Assembly (NCBI GenBank): GCA_019057385.1
Contig: JAHQJS010000006.1
Span: 517,038 to 581,037 of the forward strand
DNA: 64,000 nucleotides
Reading direction: 5' to 3'
From: Candidatus Borrarchaeum weybense
Lineage (GTDB): Archaea; Asgardarchaeota; Sifarchaeia; Borrarchaeales; Borrarchaeaceae
The translations under genes were made by a program, and so were the position numbers. The notes below the pieces were generated by a model that was not told the DNA's origin, made no database searches, and saw only the letters and a program-made list of their open reading frames with translations. Positions 57,261 through 64,000 of the stretch are shown here, one piece after another. Each line of letters begins with the position of its first letter. The stretch's first letter is position 1.

Positions 57261-58547
57261 TCAGCGTTTAAGCGTTTCTTTTATCTTAATCAAAACAACA
57301 AAAAAACCTACTGCAGGCAGGATCGACATCAATAGAAACATAACTTGCATGCCTACAATTTGTGCAATTATACCGCCAAGAAGTCCGCCTACAGCACCGC
57401 CTCCAAAGATACATGTTGTTAGAAGCCCCATAGCCTCTGCTCGCTGTGTTTCAGGTGTAACGTCAGTTACATAACAGTTGTTGCCGTTCTCAAGGCATGA
57501 GAATGTAAATGCCAAAAGAAACTGAGTTGGGATAATCCATAAGAAATTAGGACTTAAAGCATAGAAAATCTCCACCATTGAAGTACCAGCGAGTCCTACA
57601 AGAATCATTGGCTTTCGTCCGATTATATCGCACAATTTTCCAGCCAAAGGTTGAAAAAACGCTCCTGCAAGCACAAAATTGATCGCTATTAATATCCCAA
57701 CCCAAAAATCGCTAGCACCTAGTATAGTACTCAGATACACTGCAAATAAGGTCCATATCCCCCAAAATGAAATATAGCGAATAAAAGTGACGCTAAAAAG
57801 AACGTGTAGATTGCCCTGCTTGACATAAGATTCACTAACATTAGTGGGAATGAATTTCCTTTTCAATATACTAAAAACTTGCCTTGGATTTAATGGAACA
57901 CTTATGACTTTGCTGTCAACACGCCTTAAGAAAATTAAACTAATAATCGCTCCTGATCCTGCCAAGATCGCTGCCAAGACCACACTCATCTGTATCGAGA
58001 TATATTGTGCAACAAATCCTCCAGAAAATGAACCAATAGCATATCCAAGAGATGTTGAAGCTGTAAGAAAACCGAAAAACTTTCCTCTCTCTCCAGTCGA
58101 AGCCAAAGAGCCAACTATCGCTAATACTGCCGGACGGAATGCAGATGCTATAAATCCGAATAACGCCATTAAAAGTACCACAATAATTGGTACTTCGACA
58201 ATTGAAGTAATGAAGAGGACAATAGCACAACCAATTAGACTTGAAGAAAGAAATATCTTCCTTTTTCCGAACGCATCAGAAAGTACTCCCCAAACAACGC
58301 TAAATATTGTGGTAGTAATATAATAAAAAGAAATCACTAATCCGGTTACTACAAGACTTGCTCCTAGTCTATTGACATATAACGGTAAAATAACAAGAGG
58401 CAAGAACGTAGCAAATGAATACATCAGATTAGTCGTAATTACTGTAGCAAAACCCCTGCGCACTTCATAGATCTCCAATAATTTCACTGTTGGGTATAGG
58501 TAGAAATTGCTTGAGGGAGAAAAGAGTACATAGTTGTACTTCTTCAA
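57261..58547 (-). CDS. MFS transporter
   Basis: Motif A copies GVLSDAFGKRK and GKLCDIIGRKP; about 12 TM segments. The true start is probably about 100 nt downstream. Confidence 0.92.
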   Translation of the reverse strand: MKKYNYVLFSPSSNFYLYPTVKLLEIYEVRRGFATVITTNLMYSFATFLPLVILPLYVNRLGASLVVTGLVISFYYITTTIFSVVWGVLSDAFGKRKIFLSSSLIGCAIVLFITSIVEVPIIVVLLMALFGFIASAFRPAVLAIVGSLASTGERGKFFGFLTASTSLGYAIGSFSGGFVAQYISIQMSVVLAAILAGSGAIISLIFLRRVDSKVISVPLNPRQVFSILKRKFIPTNVSESYVKQGNLHVLFSVTFIRYISFWGIWTLFAVYLSTILGASDFWVGILIAINFVLAGAFFQPLAGKLCDIIGRKPMILVGLAGTSMVEIFYALSPNFLWIIPTQFLLAFTFSCLENGNNCYVTDVTPETQRAEAMGLLTTCIFGGGAVGGLLGGIIAQIVGMQVMFLLMSILPAVGFFVVLIKIKETLKR

Positions 58548-58708
58548 CAGGTATGGAGTGCACTAAAAAAATCAATCCTCAAATACTTTTTCCTTACATT
58601 TTCAAATGGTAGGTAAATATTAAATTCAGTTTTAATAACATTGTGAATAACTTTATGAGTATGAACTGTCATTGAACTGCATCTAAACAAAAAATTGTTC
58701 AAAGCTTG

Positions 58709-58878
58709 GCTAGACCGAAAATCTAGCTATACATAACAGATGAAGGGTGAGCAGAGACGGTGGTGGAGAGTTTTAGTTTTATTAAAACTAGTGCCGCCTC
58801 TGCTCATGAGTTACCCTATGCGCATATATATGACTATTTTGGTAAAACTCTCCTCTTAGTCTGGTAAAACTCTCCTCT
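58709..58878. promoter_or_regulatory. Structured, repeat-bearing intergenic element between the divergent MFS and htpX genes
   Basis: Stem TGAGCAGAG/CTCTGCTCA with an inner TAGTTTT/AAAACTA stem, and a 17-bp direct repeat TGGTAAAACTCTCCTCT x2. Confidence 0.45.
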
Positions 58879-58991
58879 ATTTAAAAATAGTGCGCGCAAA
58901 ATATTTATAATAAGAAGAGCGGATTATAAGTGCATAGTACAAAAAGGAAAATACAACAAGTTTTAACAAAAATTACACAAGGGGAAACAGT

Positions 58992-60011
58992 ATGGGAGTT
59001 GCTTTGCTCAGATTGAAGTCATGGTTTTATCTCTTACTACAATTTGGATATGTATTCCTTGTTATTCTTTTTTTAGGGGTTCTTTTTCTAGGAATGACAA
59101 ATTTACTCGTTTATTTTGTGTTTGGCATAATAATTTTCGTGTTCTTCTATTTGATCTCAAATTATACTATGAAAAGAAGAATTAAAAAGAATGGAATTCA
59201 TTTAGAAGGAGAGGCACTTACACGTTCTGTGGGAGGCGGCTATACTGGAGGACAGATTTTTGACATGGTCAGCGAAGTATGTACTAAAAGCAATAAGCCT
59301 ATTCCACGGAATCTATATGTCCTAAGAGACTCAAGTCTTAATGCATTCACTTTCGGTGGAGGCAGAGGGGCATGGCTAGTAGTTCACGAAGGACTTCTGC
59401 GAGGATTACGAGAAGATGAAATAAAGGCTGTGATTGCTCATGAAGTTGGTCACATTCGCCACGGCGATGCTCGAATGATGATTGCCCTTATGGCGATTCC
59501 TTTTATTGTGGGGCTCATCGCAAGAAGTTTACTTTGGGGAGGTATTTACGGAAGTTACGGCGCTCGTAGGCAACGAGGAGGTGGAGCGGCTGTTGCAATG
59601 CTTATTGGTGGAATATTATTAGTGTCGGTATTCTTTCTCCAACTGCTCAGCTTAGCTTTTTCGAGATCTAGAGAATACTTAGCGGATGTTCATGGAGCCC
59701 GTGTAGCGGGACCAGAAGCTATGTCTAATGCCTTACTACGTATAAGTAACGGTATTTCAGTAAATGACATTGCTGCACGTCAGAGTTCAAAAATGGCAGA
59801 TTCGCTTCTCATAAGTCCACGTTACCTTTCCCATGGGCGAGAAGGTAGCTATTGGGCATCTTTTGATGTCGACAGATCGGGGGCTTTGGATACAGAAGAA
59901 CTTAGAAATGCAGCATCTCGGACAAAAAGAGTCGGTGATGGTGTTCTTTCAACACATCCTGCTATACACAATAGGATTCTAAATATCGCGAAAAATGTCT
60001 TAATGACATAA
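58992..60011 (+). CDS. htpX: M48 zinc metalloprotease HtpX family
   Basis: NAFTFG, AVIAHEVGH, FSRSREYLAD, STHP...RI. Confidence 0.92.
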   Translation: MGVALLRLKSWFYLLLQFGYVFLVILFLGVLFLGMTNLLVYFVFGIIIFVFFYLISNYTMKRRIKKNGIHLEGEALTRSVGGGYTGGQIFDMVSEVCTKSNKPIPRNLYVLRDSSLNAFTFGGGRGAWLVVHEGLLRGLREDEIKAVIAHEVGHIRHGDARMMIALMAIPFIVGLIARSLLWGGIYGSYGARRQRGGGAAVAMLIGGILLVSVFFLQLLSLAFSRSREYLADVHGARVAGPEAMSNALLRISNGISVNDIAARQSSKMADSLLISPRYLSHGREGSYWASFDVDRSGALDTEELRNAASRTKRVGDGVLSTHPAIHNRILNIAKNVLMT

Positions 60012-60061
60012 AAATTCGTTTTTTTCTTTTTCTATTTTTAATTAAAAAATAAAAAAGAGGT

Positions 60062-61885
60062 TTAATCGACAATTTGTAAACGTCGAAGCGTTTCCTGCTT
60101 TGGAATTCCGTTTTGATCCCACTCGCGTAGATCATAGTATTCGCTAAGCATCGTGTTGAAGTTTTCTTTTCCAATAACTTTTCCAGCAGCTGGGCCATTA
60201 GGCAATGGTTCTTCGAGGATTCTATAAGGTATTTTATCATCCTTTCTAGATACTCCTTGTTGTGTTGCAATATACCTCTCTGTATTGCAAATTCTTTCAC
60301 CTATCTCGCCTAGATTCCAGCTCTCGGTTCCTGTAATTGCCTTAAGGAGTGCAATGATCATATCTTCGGGAACTGCCCTGCTTCCTATTACGCAGACAAT
60401 GCAGCTATCTAATATGCTACGGAAGTGTTGCAGTCCTATCACTAAACCTGCCTTTCCGTCTGTGGAAAACCTGTCATACTCACCAGTTAAAACTTCTGCA
60501 CCGATAGTCCATGATTTCAAATGACACGCCCCCCTAGGCGATGTAGCATACCCCAATGCCATCCCCCAGACTGCGCGTGGGTCGTAGGCTGGAAATTCCA
60601 GTCCCTTCACTTGGAGTGCAAAATTCATTGAGTCTTGACCGACTTTTTCAGCGCATGCTCTCGTTCCTTCCGCAAGAACATTACCGAATCCTTCTCTATT
60701 AGCCATCATTTCAATAAGCTTTAAAATTGATTCCTCATCGCCCCATTTTAGTTCAGGCAGTTCTGCTTTCCAGTGATCTAAGTAGCCCTTTTCATAGCAT
60801 TCTAGCGCAAAGCCAGCAGTTACACCGGCAGAAATAGTATCCATTCCATATTCATCACAGAGAATGTTCGCCATAAGAGTTCCATTGAATTCATTCATAC
60901 CGCAGTTAGTCCCCAAACTCCAGAAACTTTCGTATTCAGGTCCGTCAGCAATTTTTCCTTTATGTTTTCCTTCTTTAATCTCACTTAGTTTGCCACAGAC
61001 TAGTGTGCACCCATAACAACCTGTATTTTTCGTAACATAATTAGCTACCCATGTTTCAGCGTCAAATTTACCGATGAGATCCATTTGTGCAATTTGCCCA
61101 TTTTTGCCTGTATAGACGCCGTTTTCGCTCATTGATGCAATAAGTTGAACCGTACCCAATCTATGAAAGTTTTGAGCAGCTGGATTCTCTTTTGTTTCGC
61201 GGGTCACATCTTTAATCAAAGCCTTTAATTTATCTTCGTCATGTAATTCTGGTGTTTTTGAGCCTTTTGCAACCATAGCTTTAAGGTTTTTTGAACCAAA
61301 AACCGCTCCAAGTCCTCCTCTTCCTGCTGCCCTATGATTGTGTGCTACTACGTCAAACACTGAGGCAACTTCTACTAATTTTTCTCCCGCAGGCCCTATC
61401 ATTACAGCGCTAGGAAAATTTTCCTTTTCTTCAAGTTTCTTCCGTGTTTCACTTACTTTCAACCCCCATAATTGTGAAGCGTCTTCGAAACGTATTTGAT
61501 CATCTTGAATTGCTAGATATACTGGCGTCTCTGAAGCACCAGTGAGCATTAAACCATCGTATCCACTTCGTTTTAATTCGACACCGAAGCGTCCACCAGT
61601 GTTCGTACAAAGATATATGCCAGTTAACGGACTTTTACTGACAAATTCATACCTTTGACATACTGGTATCATAGGTTTTGTGCCAGTAAATGGCCCTAGC
61701 ATACAGAAAATGGAATTTTCGGGTGAAAGTGGATCAACGTTTGGTGGAACATTGTCTAACATAAGTCGTGCGCCTAGTCCACGTCCTCCTATATAATGCT
61801 TTGCCAGTTTTTCTTCTAACGGAATTTCTTTTATCGCTTTATTTGTGAGATCAATGCTTAAGATTTTTCCCATATAACCTTTCAT
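60062..61885 (-). CDS. aor: Aldehyde:ferredoxin oxidoreductase (tungsten AOR family)
   Basis: GYMGKIL.IDL, KSPLTG, IGPAGE, AAGRGGLGAVFGSKNLKA, CYGCTLVC, GPEYE, GMDTISAG, RGACHL. Confidence 0.94.
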   Translation of the reverse strand: MKGYMGKILSIDLTNKAIKEIPLEEKLAKHYIGGRGLGARLMLDNVPPNVDPLSPENSIFCMLGPFTGTKPMIPVCQRYEFVSKSPLTGIYLCTNTGGRFGVELKRSGYDGLMLTGASETPVYLAIQDDQIRFEDASQLWGLKVSETRKKLEEKENFPSAVMIGPAGEKLVEVASVFDVVAHNHRAAGRGGLGAVFGSKNLKAMVAKGSKTPELHDEDKLKALIKDVTRETKENPAAQNFHRLGTVQLIASMSENGVYTGKNGQIAQMDLIGKFDAETWVANYVTKNTGCYGCTLVCGKLSEIKEGKHKGKIADGPEYESFWSLGTNCGMNEFNGTLMANILCDEYGMDTISAGVTAGFALECYEKGYLDHWKAELPELKWGDEESILKLIEMMANREGFGNVLAEGTRACAEKVGQDSMNFALQVKGLEFPAYDPRAVWGMALGYATSPRGACHLKSWTIGAEVLTGEYDRFSTDGKAGLVIGLQHFRSILDSCIVCVIGSRAVPEDMIIALLKAITGTESWNLGEIGERICNTERYIATQQGVSRKDDKIPYRILEEPLPNGPAAGKVIGKENFNTMLSEYYDLREWDQNGIPKQETLRRLQIVD

Positions 61886-62021
61886 TCGTGCTCACCTTTC
61901 AATTCTAATCATTTCGGTTCTTTTAGAAATCCTCTTCTTTATGTTTGTCGGTTTCTTTTTAATTGTTTGCAAAAGTAAAGTATGAAAAAGTATATTTTAG
62001 AATTAAACCACAAATCTTGAA

Positions 62022-63476
62022 TTAAATTGAACTAAAAAGAATAACAACAACTGAAATGACAAGTCCGCCTATTAATGCAACAATCACGCCCGATTTCATC
62101 AAATCCTTTCTATCTATTACACCAGTGTTAACAAGCAAGGCATTATTTGGTGTACCAAAAACAGTACAGAGTGCAAGAGATGCTGCTAATCCCACAGCCA
62201 TAACTGTGACACTTGGATTCAAGCCTAAAAGAAGTGCTATGCTTATGGCAATTGGTGTGCAAATAGCAACAGTTGCAGTATTTGCCAGTACATTGGTTAT
62301 TAAAATAGTTACAAATGTGATTAAAATAACTACTGCAAAAAGTGGAATCCCAGCTAAAGGTTGGATGAGGAGAGTAGCGATCCAGTTTGCGGTGCCAGAC
62401 ACTAAAAACGCCTTGCCTAAAGCTATGCCTGCGCCTAAGAGCAAATACATACCAAAAGCTCCCAGACGCGCATCGTCCCACTCTAACGCCCCTATGGCAA
62501 AAAGTATCACTGCAGCTGCAATACCCACCACTGCGACACTAAGGAGTGTTCGTGGCAGTCCGAAGGCAGCCTCAATCTCTGAACCTATAATCCATAGAAT
62601 CACCGTAGGTATAAACACACCTAATGTCTTTTTCTCACCATTTGACAAAGGAGGTAGGTTAGAACGCTCTTGACGAATTTCTGAAATATTTATGGAGGGT
62701 AGTTTGACAGGAAAAAGTTTTAATAAAACTAGAAGAGTTGCGATCATTATAAGAAGTGCAGATGGAAGTCCAATTTTCATCCAATCAATAAATGTAAAGG
62801 TTGTAACTTCTTCAATAAATCCTGATGCTAGTGCGTTTGGACCGGTTCCTGTAATTGTTGCCATACCGCCTAAAGCAGTACCGATGCTTGCACCAACAAG
62901 CAGTAAAATAGTTAAGTTTTTTTTATCTTGTGGATCTTCTATCTTTTCAACAATTACCAAAATTATTGGAATAAAAATTGCTAGTACTGCAGTATTTGAT
63001 ATCCACATACTCAAAAAGGTAGTTACAAATAAAAGTGCTAGAAGAACGCTTTTAATAGACCCTTTTATATTAGAAAGAATCATTAGAGAAAGACGACGAT
63101 CTAGACCATGTTTTCTTATTGCTTCAGCAATAATAATCGATGATAATAAAATATAGATTACTGGATGTGCAAAGGAAGCAAATGCTGCAGTTGCACCTTC
63201 CTCAAACACTCCATAAGCGACCAATAATACAGGTACTATAAGAGATGTAACGGGAAGAGGTAGTACTTCAAAACTCCACATAAGTGCCGCAAAGAGAAAA
63301 ATGCCTAAAGTCCATTGTATTTTCTGAGGGATCGGAAGAGGAAAAAATGTAAAGAACATCAATACAATAACTGAAATAATTAATTTCAATTTCTTCTTTT
63401 CAGTTTGGAGACGTCCTTTAAGTGCCTCTTGAAAATAACGTCCTGTAATCTTCTTTACGTCATTATTTTCTGTCAT
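62022..63476 (-). CDS. DASS/SLC13 sodium:di-/tricarboxylate or sulfate symporter
   Basis: LSMWISNTA, GGMATITGTGPN, TNVLANTA, GTPNNA. Confidence 0.92.
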   Translation of the reverse strand: MTENNDVKKITGRYFQEALKGRLQTEKKKLKLIISVIVLMFFTFFPLPIPQKIQWTLGIFLFAALMWSFEVLPLPVTSLIVPVLLVAYGVFEEGATAAFASFAHPVIYILLSSIIIAEAIRKHGLDRRLSLMILSNIKGSIKSVLLALLFVTTFLSMWISNTAVLAIFIPIILVIVEKIEDPQDKKNLTILLLVGASIGTALGGMATITGTGPNALASGFIEEVTTFTFIDWMKIGLPSALLIMIATLLVLLKLFPVKLPSINISEIRQERSNLPPLSNGEKKTLGVFIPTVILWIIGSEIEAAFGLPRTLLSVAVVGIAAAVILFAIGALEWDDARLGAFGMYLLLGAGIALGKAFLVSGTANWIATLLIQPLAGIPLFAVVILITFVTILITNVLANTATVAICTPIAISIALLLGLNPSVTVMAVGLAASLALCTVFGTPNNALLVNTGVIDRKDLMKSGVIVALIGGLVISVVVILFSSI

Positions 63477-63609
63477 ATCATTTCAACATTAGGATGTAAT
63501 TTTTATATTAAAAAAGAAATTTTAAGCTTTAATGCATCAGAAGAACTCAATTAAACAAAACAGTGACAAGAATTAGAGTATGAAATTAAGAATTATGAAT
63601 GAAGGTGAA

Positions 63610-64000
63610 CTAACCTCGATCTTCTATAATTCTTTTGGCAATTGAATACTTTGTAAGCCGATCAACAGTTTTTCTGCTGAGTACACCAACCAGTTTACCT
63701 TCGTCGTTCACAACCACTAATCTGTGCACTTTTGATTTCAAGAATTCATCATCAGAAATGTCTAAAGCGTTTTTATTCTCATGGACTGTATGGACTGGCT
63801 TCACCATAACGTCACGCGCCAATAATATAGTTGGGTTCTTCCCTTCCGCAATTAGTTTAAAAATAATACCGTCAGTAACGATACCTACTGGTTTTTCATT
63901 TTCTAAGACGACAACACTACCCACCCAATTATCTAACATCATTTTAGAAACCATGGGTATACTCTCATCAGGTCTACAGGTTACAACATTGCGCCGTGCT
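63610..64000 (-). CDS. CBS-domain pair protein (5' end outside the window)
   Basis: NVVTCRPDESI..VGSVVV..PVGIVTD..ARDVM..HRLVVVN..GKLVGVLS; the frame is open to the window end. Confidence 0.88.
   Translation of the reverse strand, partial: ARRNVVTCRPDESIPMVSKMMLDNWVGSVVVLENEKPVGIVTDGIIFKLIAEGKNPTILLARDVMVKPVHTVHENKNALDISDDEFLKSKVHRLVVVNDEGKLVGVLSRKTVDRLTKYSIAKRIIEDRG

Noticed and set aside
1-64000. tRNA or rRNA genes
   Set aside because: No cloverleaf or rRNA-like segment was recognised by eye. tRNAscan-SE and Infernal would be needed to exclude intron-split tRNAs.

Overview
AT-rich archaeal DNA, most likely from an Asgard archaeon. This is inferred from two longin-domain genes, a roadblock protein, an MIT-domain fusion, a CDC48-N/steadiness-box-like protein and a DPM2-like protein, next to archaeal TBP, Topo VI and AOR. 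Four loci stand out. (1) The TBP gene (25610-26274) looks broken in the ORF track, but it carries three small introns with canonical bulge-helix-bulge (BHB) folds. Removing them at the canonical cut sites restores an intact 188-aa TBP. (2) A minus-strand cluster encodes a histone-fold protein, Top6B, Top6A, a HEAT protein and a second, giant Top6B (>2255 aa, missed by the ORF track) carrying about 18 tandem HhH/alphaCTD-like repeats. (3) An array-less module encodes an RHH regulator, a Cas7-like RAMP and a Cas5-like/HD fusion, followed directly by a GC-rich structured RNA candidate. (4) IS200/IS605-family elements are dense: a full IscB with omegaRNA, a full TnpB, and several ORF-less or end-only derivatives, some inserted exactly into host stop codons. 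The rest is mostly metabolism and housekeeping (gldA, UXS-like SDR, UxaA/SAF, metV/metF, ilvD, HDAC, amidohydrolase, trmO, htpX, aor, transporters). All calls come from reading the sequence and motifs; no database searches were run.
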